From an uncultured Chthoniobacter sp. (GTDB lineage Bacteria > Verrucomicrobiota > Verrucomicrobiia > Chthoniobacterales > JACTMZ01): DNA of 64,000 bases. The translations under genes were made by a program, and so were the position numbers. This document shows, piece by piece, positions 40,390 through 50,303 of this stretch (its first letter is position 1; every line of letters starts with the position of its first letter). The stretch covers positions 9,718 through 73,717 of the forward strand of contig CAZSUJ010000005.1 of the NCBI GenBank assembly GCA_964609925.1, written 5' to 3'. The notes under the pieces are model-generated. The model ran no database searches, was not told where the DNA came from, and saw nothing but the letters and a program-made list of their open reading frames with translations.

Positions 40390-40618
40390 CCGGCAAGCCG
40401 GTGAGGACACCGGCTCTACAGAAGAGACCATGTCTTCGCTTCGCCCTCGTGCCGATGGCAAGTCGGCCGACGGAGCGGCGGCTTCAGCCGCCGCCGATTC
40501 CCGCGCGGCAAAGCCGCCAAACCTACTCCTCCGGCCGGTCTCCAAACCCGAGGGTTTTCGGTCATCGGCCGGATAAAGGTCGGGTCATGATGTGCTTTAT
40601 CGGGGAAACTCCTGCTCC

Positions 40619-41989
40619 ATGACTGACGCCCAACCGCACCCGGCCCGCATGACGCAGGTCTATGCGTCGCTGCTTTCCCTGGCCGCTCCGATGCTGCTGG
40701 GGCAGGCCGGGCAGGTGCTGTTGCAACTCACCGACACGATCATGGTGGGCCGCGTCGGGCCCGTCCCGCTGGCCGGGGCGGCGCTGGCGGGGAATCTCGT
40801 GATGTTCGCGCTGTATTTCGCCTATGGCTCGCTCGGGGCCGTGGCGCCGACCATCGGCCAGGCCTTCGGCGCCAAGGATTACGGCACCCTGCGCACCGTG
40901 GCCCGGGCATCCGTCCGACTCGCCTTGGCGGTGGGAACCTTCATTGCCGTGGCGCTCACGACGCTCGTGCCATTCCTCGGCCACATGGGACAGCCGCCCG
41001 AAGTCGTAGCCATCACGGGTGGTTATCTCGCGCTCCTCGCTTGGTCCATGCCAGCCGCAATGCTATGCCTCGTCCTCGGCCAGACTGCCGAGGCGGTCAA
41101 CCGTCCGTGGCCGGTCATGATCATCATGGCCGGGGCGGTGGCGTTGAATGCCGGACTGAACTTTGTCCTGATCTTCGGGCATCTGGGCTTTCCGGCGCTC
41201 GGGCTCGAGGGCGCAGGCTGGGCGACATTCATCTCGCGCTTGGTGCAAGCGGCGGTGCTCCTGGCTTGGATCCGGCGGGACCGCGTTTTTCTCGCCCTAA
41301 AGGAATGGCGCGAGACGGGGAGCGTGGCGGCGACCTTCCGCACCCTTCTCCGCGAGGGATTGCCGGTGGCGGGGCAGGATGTGCTGGAGGGAGGATCCTT
41401 CGCGGTGGGCAGCCTGATGCTCGGCTGGCTCGGCACGACCGCCCTGGCCGCGAACCAAGTCACGATCAGCATCGCCTCGCTGGCGTGGATGTTTCCCATC
41501 GCACTTTCGACGGCAGCGAGTGTCCGAGTGGCGCAGGCCGCGGGGGCCGGGGATCTGGCCGGGGCGCGCCGCGTGGGGCTGGCGGCAGTTGTCCTCGGGG
41601 TCGGCATCATGGGCGCCTGTGCCGCCGTTTACATAACCAGCGGTCATTTCCTCGCGGGGCTGTTCACCTCCGACCCAGCGGTGGTCGCTTTGGCCGGCCA
41701 GCTCGTAACCATCGCGGGCATCTACCAAATCTCCGATGCCATCCAGTCGGTGAGCCTCGGGTCATTGCGCGGGCTGCTCGACAACCGCGTGCCGCTGGTG
41801 GCCAATGCCGTCTGCTACTGGCTGCTCAGCCTCCCGACGGTCTACCTCCTCACCTTCGTGCTCGACTGGGGTGCCTTGGGCGTGTGGATCGGCTATCTCC
41901 CCTGGATGATGCTCACGGGGGTTTTCTTCCTTTGGAGGTTCCTGCGGCGGACGCGGGAACACCCGGTTTCCGCGCAGACGTGCGGGTGA
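40619..41989 (+). CDS. MATE-family efflux transporter
   Basis: MTDAQPHPARMTQVYASLLSLAAPMLLGQAGQVLLQLTDTIMVGRVG, 12 TM helices and internal duplication typical of NorM/DinF-type MATE proteins. ATG at 40619. Confidence 0.9.
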   Translation: MTDAQPHPARMTQVYASLLSLAAPMLLGQAGQVLLQLTDTIMVGRVGPVPLAGAALAGNLVMFALYFAYGSLGAVAPTIGQAFGAKDYGTLRTVARASVRLALAVGTFIAVALTTLVPFLGHMGQPPEVVAITGGYLALLAWSMPAAMLCLVLGQTAEAVNRPWPVMIIMAGAVALNAGLNFVLIFGHLGFPALGLEGAGWATFISRLVQAAVLLAWIRRDRVFLALKEWRETGSVAATFRTLLREGLPVAGQDVLEGGSFAVGSLMLGWLGTTALAANQVTISIASLAWMFPIALSTAASVRVAQAAGAGDLAGARRVGLAAVVLGVGIMGACAAVYITSGHFLAGLFTSDPAVVALAGQLVTIAGIYQISDAIQSVSLGSLRGLLDNRVPLVANAVCYWLLSLPTVYLLTFVLDWGALGVWIGYLPWMMLTGVFFLWRFLRRTREHPVSAQTCG

Positions 41990-41995
41990 GGCGGA

Positions 41996-44900
41996 TCAGG
42001 GGCGCCGACGGCGACGCAGGGCAAAGCCGGCCGCAACGGCGGCGGTCAGGGCGAGGAGGGCCGTGGTCGAGGGTTCGGGGACTGCGGTGACGAGGAGTTT
42101 GAAGGAGTCGTTCTCGACTTCCTGACTCACGACAACACCGGGCGCGAGTCCGCTGAGGTAGACATTCGCGAAGGTGAAGCTATTGGTGAATCCCGAGGCC
42201 GCGGGACCGATCATGGTGAAGACGTCGCCGACGTTCGCGTTGTAATTCGTGAAGGAAAAGTAGGCGTCCCCCGCGAATGATCCATGACCGACCCCGGCGA
42301 AAAAGATCACGTCCTGGTTCCCGACGCCGAAGATGTCCATGTAGAGCTCACCCGTCACGGTCTGCTCGTAGGCCCCGAGGAAGGTCGCGCTCGCGGCGTA
42401 ACGAAAGTCGGTGCCGATGGTCGTCGTGCCGGCATCCTGCATGATGGCGTTGTTGGTCCCCTGGGTGAGGAACGACGCGCCGGAGGTGTTGGTGAAGGCT
42501 CCCTGGTTGCTGTTGGTGCTTCCCGAGAGCCAGAGCGTCCCGGACACGACCCCGAAGTTCGTGACCCGCAGGTTGTTGCCGCCGGAGTAATAGACGGCCG
42601 ACTGCCCGGCGCCGGTGCCAACCACTGTGCCGCCAGCGTTGACCACGAGGGAATTCGACAGTCCACCATCCACCCAGACCCCACGGCCAGCGTTGCCGGA
42701 GCCGCCGTAGACCTTGCCGCTCACGCTGAGGTCCACCCGACCGAAGCCGTGCGTGCCCGCGGTGACATTCTGCGCGAAAACTCCCACCGAGTTGGTTCCT
42801 TCGGCAGTGATCTGCGAGGTGGCCTCGACGTTGATCTGGATGTTTCCGTTGCCTCCGCCCGAGCTGGTTCCCGAACTACCCGCCCCGCCGGTCGATCCCG
42901 CGAAGGCGCCGGTCAATCCGCCGCCGCCCCCGATGGACTGTGCGAGAATACCGACGGCGCCATTGCCGATGACATTGATGTCGGCCGCGTTGGTGATCGT
43001 GATGTTTCCGCCGTAACCAAGCGAAGCCCCGGGATTGAGCGCGGGCGCGTTCGTGGTCAGACCACCGGACGCCGAGGGATTCGCGATGCCGCCACCGCCG
43101 CCGATGGATTGCGCCACCAAGCCGTGCGAGCCCGCGCCCGTGGTGACGATCGAGGCATTGGAGGCGAAGGCGGCGTTGATGGCACCGCCGGCGAAGTATT
43201 GCGTGTCGCTGCTGTTCCCGCCCGACGCACCGAGCGTGACCGTTCCCGTGGTCTGACGCGTGGTGACCAAGCCACCACCGCCGCCGATGGACTGGAGGAC
43301 GACGCCGAATGCATTCGCGCCGGAAGTCTCAATGGTGTTGGTGCTCGCAACGTTGATCGCGCCGCCCACCCCGCCGCCTTTGCTGGTGCCGCCGAGTTGG
43401 ATGTTCGGCGCGGGGTTGGTCACGCCGGACATGGTCTCGCTGCTGCCGGAGCCGGCGAGTCCGCCGCCGGCGCCGATGGACTGCAGCAACACGCCGTGGG
43501 CCGACTCACCCACCGTGCCGAGGGTGGCCGAACCGGTGAAACCAATGTTCCCCGCGGAGCCCTTGGCGTCCGGCATGCTGCCGAGACGGATCGTTCCCGT
43601 TGCAGCCTTCGAGGCATCCGTGGCCATGCCGCCGCCTCCTCCGATGGATTGCGCGAGCACTCCGTAGGCCGCGTAGCCGCTGGTGTTCGTTCCGGTGGAA
43701 ATCGTGCCGCCCACTTGCAGCGTCACCGGACCGGCATTGCCCTGGCCGTTGGTCGCCCCGACCTGCACATCGAGGTCGGCGATGGCGGGCCCGCTCGTTC
43801 CGAAAATGGTCGAGGCCTTGCCGCCGCCGGCGCCGATGGATTGCGCGACCAGGCCGTGCGACCAATCGCCCAGCGTGGTGGTCGTCGAGGAAAGGTTCTG
43901 CGTGATCGTCACCGCGCCGCCGTTCATCGCGTCGCTGCCGCTGAGGTTGATGCCCAGCGAGACGTCCGCACGCAGCGGCAGCACACCCACACTGATCGCG
44001 GGCGCGAGGAGCGGCTTGCCGCCCGCGGAGGCCACGCCACCGCCGCCGGCCACCGACTGTGCGAGCACCCCGACGGCATCCGCCTCGGCGGTCGTGACCT
44101 GGCCACCTTGCAAGACGGCCACGGTTCCTCCCGCCGCCGCATCGGTGCCCGACGTGGTGCGGTTGACCCCGATGCCCAAACCGAGCGTGGTGTTGGCGTC
44201 CGCGGTGCCGTCGGCCCCGACGCCGCCGCCGCCGGCGATGGACTGGGCGAGAATGCCGTTGGCGCCGTAGCCCGCGGTGCCGACCACGGAAAGATTCGAG
44301 ACCGTGACGGCGCCGCCGGAACTGGAATCGCCTCCCCTCCCGCCCACCGCCACATCGATCGAGAAAAATCCGGTCGGGTCCATCAGGCTGAAGAATCCGG
44401 GGTTGGCTCCGCTGGTGGCCGAACCGCCGAGACCGCCACCACCACTCACCGACTGTGCGAGGACGCCGTGGGCGCGGCCGCCGTCGGTGGAGATGTTGCC
44501 TGTGTTTTCAACCAACGCCGCGCCGCCTCCCCCGCCCGATCCGCCGGTGCCTCCCACCGAAACATCACTGCTATAGCCCCTCGAGGAGAAGATCTCGGAC
44601 GGGATCGAACCCGTTTCGAGGCTCGCGTTGGCGTCGGCGGTGCCGCCCTTGCCGCCCCCGCCGCCGATGGATTGCGCAGTGATGCCATTCGCGTCACCTC
44701 CCAACGTGGTGATGGTCCCGGCGTTGGCGACCGTGACGGAATATCCGGAGGCGTTGGTGATGTCCGCCGAACCACCGCTGCCGCCAGTCCGTCCGATGGT
44801 CACGCTGGCCGAGTAGCTGTTGTTGCCGCCCGCGGCACTCCCGCCGCCGGCCGCCCCGCCGCCACCGCCAACGGCCTGGGCAAGGATGCCGTGCGAATCC

Positions 44901-47827
44901 GAGCCTGCAGTCGAGATCGAGCCCTGGTTGGTCACGACGGTCGGGCCGGCGTTGCCACCGCCGCCGCTCTGTCCACCGATGGCAAGGGTGAGGATGATGT
45001 TGGTGTTTCCCGAGTCTGACCCACTCGAGACGTTGGCCTTGGCATTGCCCACGCCGCCGCTCCCGCCGCCGCCGCCGATCGATTGGGCGAGGATGCCATG
45101 GGAGGATTGCGCGTGGGTGGTGATGGACGAGGTCGCGCCGGAGTTGGTCGCGTTGACAAACGAGACCTCGCCGCCGCGTCCGCCGCCACCGCCCTGACCG
45201 CCGAGTCCGAGGGTGAGCGAACCGGTGGTGGAGTCCTTGGCGAAGATCGCGTTGACCGCGGTCGAGTCGCCACCGTGTCCGCCGCCGCCGCCAATCGATT
45301 GCATCAAGGCGCCGTGCGAGCCGTCGCTGTAGGTCTGGATGCTGCCGTTGTTCTGCGCCGTGATGACGCCGCCGGCGGAGGCGGCTCCGCCGCTGCCACC
45401 GATGACGAAATTGGCCACTCCGGCGAAGGGCACTCCCTCGGATTCGCCGCTGACCGCCACCCCCTTGCCCACAGCGGAGCCGGCCTGACCGCCGCCGCCG
45501 CCGATGGATTGCGCGAGGATGCCGTGGGAGTCCGCACCATCCTGATTCATGAAACCATTGGTCGCGCCCGGCACGCCGGTCGTGATGACGCTGCCCGTGT
45601 CCAAAGTGACATTGACCGCTCCGCCGCCCCCGCCGCCGTTCCCGCCGCCGCCGAGGGCCAGGTTGATGTCGATCAAGGCCGAGGCCGAATACGAAAGCGC
45701 GTTGCCGCCGGTGCCGCCGCCACCGCCGAGCGATTGCAGGATCACGCCGGCCGAATTGTTGCCCGAGGTGGTGATGGCGCCGTCCTGGTCCAGAAACACG
45801 GAACCGCCCGCACCCCCCGTCGCGCCTTTCCCGCCGATGCCCAGATCGACAAGGAATCCGGCGGCATGGGAACCGCCGCCGTGGCCACCACCGCCGCCGA
45901 TGGACTGTGCGATGATGCCGGCTGAGTGGTCGGACTCCGTTGTGATCGAACCGCCGGCCGCGACCGAGACTACACCTCCCGCGCCACCCGATCCGCCCTG
46001 GCCGCCCACCGAGACGAAGAGGCCCACCGCATTGCCGCCGTTGCCGCCGCCGCCGCCGATGGACTGCGCGAGAATTCCGACCGAGTTCGTGTCCTTGGTC
46101 GTGACTTGGGAATCCGTGGAAGTGTTCACATCGACCTCACCTCCCGCTCCGCCCTGGCCGCCTTTGTCGCCGACGAACAATGCGGGATGCTTGCCGCCCG
46201 CATTTCCCCCGGCGCCGCCGATGGACTGCGCAATGATGGCTGGTGACGCGGTGCCAGTGCCGGCCCCGTCACCCGTCGTGACGCTGCCCACATGAATCAC
46301 CGAGACGGTGGCCCCGGGGCTGGCCGAACCGCCGGAAGATGACGAGTTGTTGCCCACGACGAGGCCGTTGGTCGAGTTCGTGTTGCCGCCGGCGGCAAGG
46401 ATGTTGTTGATCAACCCGCCGCCGCCCGAGCTCAACGCCACGATGCCGTAGGCGCTTGCCCCGACCGTGGTGATCGTGCCCGCATTGCTGATCGTGACTG
46501 CAGCGCCGACTCCGTCCGTCTCGCCGCCCGAGTTGCCGAGGTAGGATTCCTCGTCACCGTTGTTCGATGTGGCCACCGCGGCGCCACCGAGGCTGAGCCC
46601 CGCGAGCCCGACGGAGAGCGTGCCCTCCGTCGCGATATTGGCGGTGTTTGTCACCGTGACGGACGAGGCGCTGCCGAAGCCGGTGCCGTTGACCGTCTGC
46701 GAGCTGAATGGATTGAGGAGCAGGTCGGTGCCGGCGCTGACGGCGAGGATACCGGCCGAGAAGACCGAGTTCGAGTTGCCGGTGGCGATGAGCGCACCCT
46801 CGCTGACCACCTTCACGTTGCCCGCTTGGACCGTCGAGTCCTTCTTCGGGTCGTTGGCCACGTAAACCTGACTGGCCGCGAAGACCCCGACTCCGGTGTC
46901 ACCCGTCGCGCGGATGATCGTGCCGGTTTTGAGGCCGACTCCGACATCATTGCCGAAGGCGGTGTTGGTCGGGCCGCCGTCGATGAATTGCGCCCCCGTC
47001 GCCGTGGCCATGATGCCAACGCCGGAGACTGCCGAGTTGCTGATTGATCCGCTGGCGAGCAACACGCCCACCGGCGCGGCGATGTTCGTCCCGTAGGTGC
47101 CCCCCGGCCCCGTCGCCGTCGCCGCCGAAATGCCCGCGCTCACGATGTCCTTGTTCGGATTCGAGACGATGATCGGACCGTTGGCTGATTCCACCGAGAC
47201 CGGGCCGCCCGCGTAGGTGACGCTGCTGTTGGTCCCCTGGAAACCGAAAGACGCCGCCGAGATGCCGCTCATCGCCGCCATGCGGAAGGCCAACGGGTAA
47301 AGCGGCGTCGAGGCCAGGTAGTTTCCGTCGCCCTCGACCACGATGCTGCCGAGATTCAACACCACGACCTCCGAGCCTTGGCGGTAAGTCTGGCTGTTTG
47401 CCGAACTGCCGCCCGGCAACCCGAGGGCGACGATGGCCCCGTTGCCCACCTCGCCGGTCTGCGCGCCGGGCGCCTGACGGAAGATGAGGTTGCCCTCGTT
47501 GACCACGGTCACCGTTCCGCTCTGGTTCGAGTAACCGAGAACGAACCCCGAGCCCGGAAAACCGTTCGTGTAAGCGTAAAGGCCGAAGGGATTCGTCGCC
47601 ACGAGCCCGTAGCTCTCCGTTTGCCCGGGATAAAAACCGACCCCCACCGAGACCGGCAGCACGCTATTGTTCGTCGTCACCGCGGTGATCTGGTTGGAGC
47701 CGACGGTGACGCTGACATCACCGGTGGTCGTGATGTTGGTCGAGATGTCGGCCATGCCGGGCTGAACCAGCCATGCGACCACCGCACAGAGAGCAAACAG
47801 TCGCGAAATGGTAGGTGCGCGGTTCAT
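41996..47827 (-). CDS. giant (about 1943 aa) glycine-rich repeat protein with PEP-CTERM anchor
   Basis: Signal peptide MNRAPTISRLFALCAVVAWLVQPGMA (ATG 47825-47827). About 18 copies of a module centred on G[IV]LAQS[IV]GGGGG...GG.GG.V.V.N.G.I.T.G..S.G. C-terminus VPEPSTTALLALTAAVAAGFALRRRRRP. Confidence 0.85.
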   Translation of the reverse strand: MNRAPTISRLFALCAVVAWLVQPGMADISTNITTTGDVSVTVGSNQITAVTTNNSVLPVSVGVGFYPGQTESYGLVATNPFGLYAYTNGFPGSGFVLGYSNQSGTVTVVNEGNLIFRQAPGAQTGEVGNGAIVALGLPGGSSANSQTYRQGSEVVVLNLGSIVVEGDGNYLASTPLYPLAFRMAAMSGISAASFGFQGTNSSVTYAGGPVSVESANGPIIVSNPNKDIVSAGISAATATGPGGTYGTNIAAPVGVLLASGSISNSAVSGVGIMATATGAQFIDGGPTNTAFGNDVGVGLKTGTIIRATGDTGVGVFAASQVYVANDPKKDSTVQAGNVKVVSEGALIATGNSNSVFSAGILAVSAGTDLLLNPFSSQTVNGTGFGSASSVTVTNTANIATEGTLSVGLAGLSLGGAAVATSNNGDEESYLGNSGGETDGVGAAVTISNAGTITTVGASAYGIVALSSGGGGLINNILAAGGNTNSTNGLVVGNNSSSSGGSASPGATVSVIHVGSVTTGDGAGTGTASPAIIAQSIGGAGGNAGGKHPALFVGDKGGQGGAGGEVDVNTSTDSQVTTKDTNSVGILAQSIGGGGGNGGNAVGLFVSVGGQGGSGGAGGVVSVAAGGSITTESDHSAGIIAQSIGGGGGHGGGSHAAGFLVDLGIGGKGATGGAGGSVFLDQDGAITTSGNNSAGVILQSLGGGGGTGGNALSYSASALIDINLALGGGGNGGGGGGAVNVTLDTGSVITTGVPGATNGFMNQDGADSHGILAQSIGGGGGQAGSAVGKGVAVSGESEGVPFAGVANFVIGGSGGAASAGGVITAQNNGSIQTYSDGSHGALMQSIGGGGGHGGDSTAVNAIFAKDSTTGSLTLGLGGQGGGGGRGGEVSFVNATNSGATSSITTHAQSSHGILAQSIGGGGGSGGVGNAKANVSSGSDSGNTNIILTLAIGGQSGGGGNAGPTVVTNQGSISTAGSDSHGILAQAVGGGGGAAGGGSAAGGNNSYSASVTIGRTGGSGGSADITNASGYSVTVANAGTITTLGGDANGITAQSIGGGGGKGGTADANASLETGSIPSEIFSSRGYSSDVSVGGTGGSGGGGGAALVENTGNISTDGGRAHGVLAQSVSGGGGLGGSATSGANPGFFSLMDPTGFFSIDVAVGGRGGDSSSGGAVTVSNLSVVGTAGYGANGILAQSIAGGGGVGADGTADANTTLGLGIGVNRTTSGTDAAAGGTVAVLQGGQVTTAEADAVGVLAQSVAGGGGVASAGGKPLLAPAISVGVLPLRADVSLGINLSGSDAMNGGAVTITQNLSSTTTTLGDWSHGLVAQSIGAGGGKASTIFGTSGPAIADLDVQVGATNGQGNAGPVTLQVGGTISTGTNTSGYAAYGVLAQSIGGGGGMATDASKAATGTIRLGSMPDAKGSAGNIGFTGSATLGTVGESAHGVLLQSIGAGGGLAGSGSSETMSGVTNPAPNIQLGGTSKGGGVGGAINVASTNTIETSGANAFGVVLQSIGGGGGLVTTRQTTGTVTLGASGGNSSDTQYFAGGAINAAFASNASIVTTGAGSHGLVAQSIGGGGGIANPSASGGLTTNAPALNPGASLGYGGNITITNAADINVIGNGAVGILAQSIGGGGGLTGAFAGSTGGAGSSGTSSGGGNGNIQINVEATSQITAEGTNSVGVFAQNVTAGTHGFGRVDLSVSGKVYGGSGNAGRGVWVDGGLSNSLVVNAGGTVVGTGAGQSAVYYSGGNNLRVTNFGVVSGTLWLSGSTNSNQGAFTNTSGASFLTQGTNNAIMQDAGTTTIGTDFRYAASATFLGAYEQTVTGELYMDIFGVGNQDVIFFAGVGHGSFAGDAYFSFTNYNANVGDVFTMIGPAASGFTNSFTFANVYLSGLAPGVVVSQEVENDSFKLLVTAVPEPSTTALLALTAAVAAGFALRRRRRP

Positions 47828-47950
47828 CGGTGGCCGCCCCCCGGACCTGCCCATCGCCTGCGGTCGCCGAGGCTTGATACGCAGGGCCGGAGAGCCTTGG
47901 GACATTGGAACCGCCGAAGCAACGGGTCAAGCGCGGACCCCTCCCCGCGG

Positions 47951-48670
47951 TCAAAGGCTCCGCAATGCCTCGCGCAGACGCTCATCAAGTTCGGTTTCCG
48001 GCGCGTTTTCGCGCAGGTCGCTCGGCGTCATGATGACGTCCACCTTGTCCAACCCCGTGCGGTGCGCGAGCACGAACAGCTCCTCGGCCGCCGGATCCCC
48101 CATGGCGAGGCAGCCGATCGACGCCGCGCCGCCGTGAATCATGATGTCGCCGCCCAAGGTCGCTGGATCGCGTCCCTCTTCGCGGGCGCGTGCCAAATCC
48201 TCGGCGTTCGGATAGTTCACCCGCAGGGAAAGGTGGAAGCGGCTGTTCGGATTGAGCAACTCGATCCCGTAGAAACCCTCCGGCACTTGACCGTCCCCTT
48301 CCTGCCGCTTCGGTCCGCGTCCGCCGCTCGCCGCGAGGATCGGATAGCTCCGCACCAACCGGAGTCGCCCCCGGGCATCCGGCGCATGGAGATCGAGCCG
48401 CTTCTCGGCCTTGTAGGCGACCATGACCAACCGCGGCGGCGGATACTCCACCCCTGCCTTGTGGAAATCCGGCCGCAACCGCCCGTCCACCGCGTCACCC
48501 AATGCCGCGATCACCTGCTCGACCGTCCGCGGTTGCGGCGGCAGGGCGGGGGGCACCGTCCGCTGACGCCAAAACCACACCACCGCGCCCGCGATGAAGA
48601 CCAGCAAAGCAAGAAAGACCCCGAGAATCCGCACGTCCCGCACTCTGGCCACCGCCCCCCGCCTTGCCAA
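47951..48670 (-). CDS. L,D-transpeptidase (YkuD/YafK-like) family protein
   Basis: N-terminal TM anchor. Catalytic region GDIMIHGGAASIGCLAMGD (H-G-G...S-x-G-C). Confidence 0.8.
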   Translation of the reverse strand: MARRGAVARVRDVRILGVFLALLVFIAGAVVWFWRQRTVPPALPPQPRTVEQVIAALGDAVDGRLRPDFHKAGVEYPPPRLVMVAYKAEKRLDLHAPDARGRLRLVRSYPILAASGGRGPKRQEGDGQVPEGFYGIELLNPNSRFHLSLRVNYPNAEDLARAREEGRDPATLGGDIMIHGGAASIGCLAMGDPAAEELFVLAHRTGLDKVDVIMTPSDLRENAPETELDERLREALRSL

Positions 48671-48731
48671 GCCGCCGCCGCGTGCTTCACCCCGAACCGG
48701 GGAAAAGCCGCGCTTCGCAGGGACGCGAACC

Positions 48732-49145
48732 CTACCGCGTCAGGAGCCGGTTGAATCCGGCCCGTTCGAAATGCTCGTCATGGGTGAAGGCGTCCTTGAG
48801 GCGGAGTTCGCGCATGACGACGAAGCTGGTGACATCGGTGAATGAGTATTGTTGGTCGCGGTGCTTGAGGAAGTAGTCGCGAGCTTGGGCAAAACGATCC
48901 GGTCCGATCCCGGCCACCGTGAGGGCCGCAGACTGGTCCAGCATGCCGAAAAACGCATCAAGCGCCCGGGTGGCCCCGCGCACCATGAGCAACGTGGCGG
49001 TTTCATCAACCACGTAGTCGGTGGTCACAAGCGGCGTCTTCTTCCGGGCCAGTCGCGAGAGCAAGCCCCGGGCTGCCTCGTGCCAAGAATCCCGGCGATC
49101 GAACAGGCTATACCAGCCCATCGTGTCCACGAACACCGGCTTCAC
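48732..49145 (-). CDS. vapC: PIN-domain toxin (VapC-like)
   Basis: MKPVFVDTMGWYSLFD, TTDYVVDETATLL and SFTDVTSFVVMRELRLKDAFTHDEHF. The four acidic positions follow the PIN pattern. Confidence 0.8.
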   Translation of the reverse strand: MKPVFVDTMGWYSLFDRRDSWHEAARGLLSRLARKKTPLVTTDYVVDETATLLMVRGATRALDAFFGMLDQSAALTVAGIGPDRFAQARDYFLKHRDQQYSFTDVTSFVVMRELRLKDAFTHDEHFERAGFNRLLTR

Positions 49146-49381
49146 GCGTCGTAGATCAAAGCATCGGCCCGGCGCGCATCCAGCCCACCGCCCAGATCCT
49201 CGGCGCTCTCGGCTAGTCGGTAAACGGGATCGTCAGACGAGATGCTCTTGGCGGCAACCGTCGGGACCAGTTCGCCGACGAGCCGGTTGCGATAAGTGAG
49301 ACGGAAGCTCTCCCCGCGGAGCAGACGCCCGACCACGCCTTTCGTGTTTTGCCGGACTTCAAGCATCGAGATAGTGGTCAT
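49142..49381 (-). CDS. Phd/YefM-type antitoxin
   Basis: MTTISMLEVRQNTKGVVGRLLRGESFRLTYRNRLVGELVP matches the Phd/YefM N-terminal fold pattern. A 4-nt overlap joins it to the PIN gene. Confidence 0.65.
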   Translation of the reverse strand: MTTISMLEVRQNTKGVVGRLLRGESFRLTYRNRLVGELVPTVAAKSISSDDPVYRLAESAEDLGGGLDARRADALIYDA

Positions 49382-49389
49382 TGGAGACG

Positions 49390-49410
49390 AGTGCCACTCA
49401 AAGTGCCACT
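49390..49410. promoter_or_regulatory. two copies of AGTGCCACT in 12-nt register just upstream of the Phd-like antitoxin start; candidate operator
   Basis: Read directly at 49390-49398 and 49402-49410. Each copy is a near-palindrome (AGTG-C-CACT). They lie 9-29 nt 5' of the ATG at 49379-49381 (minus strand). Confidence 0.45.
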
Positions 49411-49597
49411 TGTCAAGACAAGGGGGGCTTCGGGGTGCCTCCGAGTGCTCCCCGCCGCCCTGCGCAGGCGAAATGTGCTTCGCAAACGGGAGCGGCTCGG
49501 GGAAAGATGCACGTATGTCCGTCCGGTGGGGTGCGTCGCAGTTCCGGTCAACACCTCGAAATTCACGGGTTGCCGGGCTGGCTCAATCGGATTCTCG

Positions 49598-50029
49598 ATG
49601 AAGGCCAAACTGCTCATCTCTGCTGTCGCTTGGGTTGCAGCCTTGACGCCCTGCTTTGCTGCAGATTTTGGTCTGAGAAAGCTTTCAGATACCGAGGTCA
49701 ACCAAGGTGTTCCATACATCTTGGCTGAATACGGTTTTCCGAAGCTTGGATACTATGAATTTCGAGATGGCATCACCGTGCTGCAACTCGTCGCATTCTT
49801 GGGCGGGATTTTGCCGGAGACCGGGGGCGATTCGGTGAAAGTATTGCGCAACCGAAAAGCTATCTCGGTAAGCATACGACAAGCGCTGGATGATGCTTCG
49901 AGAGATGTAGTCCTACGTCCTGCCGATCGAGTCATCGCTCCCACGCAAGGATGTTTTGGAGGCGGGCTAACAACGGAGGAGCTGGCTCTCCTCAACAAGA
50001 GACTTTTGGCGAAATTCGAAGAACGGTGA
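49598..50029 (+). CDS. small secreted SLBB (soluble-ligand-binding beta-grasp)-like protein
   Basis: ATG at 49598. Signal peptide MKAKLLISAVAWVAALTPCFA. GYYEFRDGITVLQLVAFLGGILPETGGDSVKVLRNRKAISVSIRQALDDASRDVVLRPADRVIAP fits the SLBB pattern of Wza-type exporters. Lower-GC DNA. Confidence 0.5.
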   Translation: MKAKLLISAVAWVAALTPCFAADFGLRKLSDTEVNQGVPYILAEYGFPKLGYYEFRDGITVLQLVAFLGGILPETGGDSVKVLRNRKAISVSIRQALDDASRDVVLRPADRVIAPTQGCFGGGLTTEELALLNKRLLAKFEER

Positions 50030-50057
50030 ACAGGCCTCTGAACTACACTCCTGAGCC

Positions 50058-50303
50058 ATGCTTGAGATAATCCTTAGAAGCATCGTTGCCTTGCTCAATG
50101 CCATCATGGGTCTGTTCGGTCTGGCGCATTGGCTGGATCGACGCATGTCCGAGTCTTCCACGGTGGGCAGGTCCAAGATGGACGACGAAGCCCACGACTG
50201 GCGTGAGAAGATCCTCTTTTCCTGGTGGATCGCTTACCTGCTGATAGTGACGTTTCTGGGAGGCTGCGGCTGGTTGCTTTGGAGCGAGTTCTTCCGCCAA
50301 TGA
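50058..50303 (+). CDS. small two-TM membrane protein (81 aa), hypothetical
   Basis: ORF with hydrophobic segments IILRSIVALLNAIMGLFGLAHWL and ILFSWWIAYLLIVTFLGGCGWLLW, 28 nt after the SLBB gene. Confidence 0.4.
   Translation: MLEIILRSIVALLNAIMGLFGLAHWLDRRMSESSTVGRSKMDDEAHDWREKILFSWWIAYLLIVTFLGGCGWLLWSEFFRQ

Noticed and set aside
40161-40622. Heptad-repeat 'proteins' across the 21-bp array: VPARTxL in 40161..40622, LCQRAQxLF in 39934..40404, Cys/His-rich LCASAHxPCS in 39629..40576, plus two minus-strand ORFs.
   Set aside because: All six frames are open only because the unit lacks stop triplets on either strand. The units are palindromic. The repeats use TGT, ACA, CTT and GTT codons (A/T at the third position) against the strong GC3 bias of the real genes here. 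Two of the ORFs would have to start inside the MmeI-like gene.
42284-45019. Very long plus-strand ORF (911 aa). Similar giants: 190..1809, 4374..5564, 14665..16725, 19442..21007, 37131..38801(-), 51153..52799, 53127..55646, 55687..57228, 59290..60750(-).
   Set aside because: These are Arg/Gly/Ala/Asp-rich low-complexity translations lying antisense to, or out of frame with, genes that carry clear family motifs. They are typical shadow ORFs of high-GC DNA.
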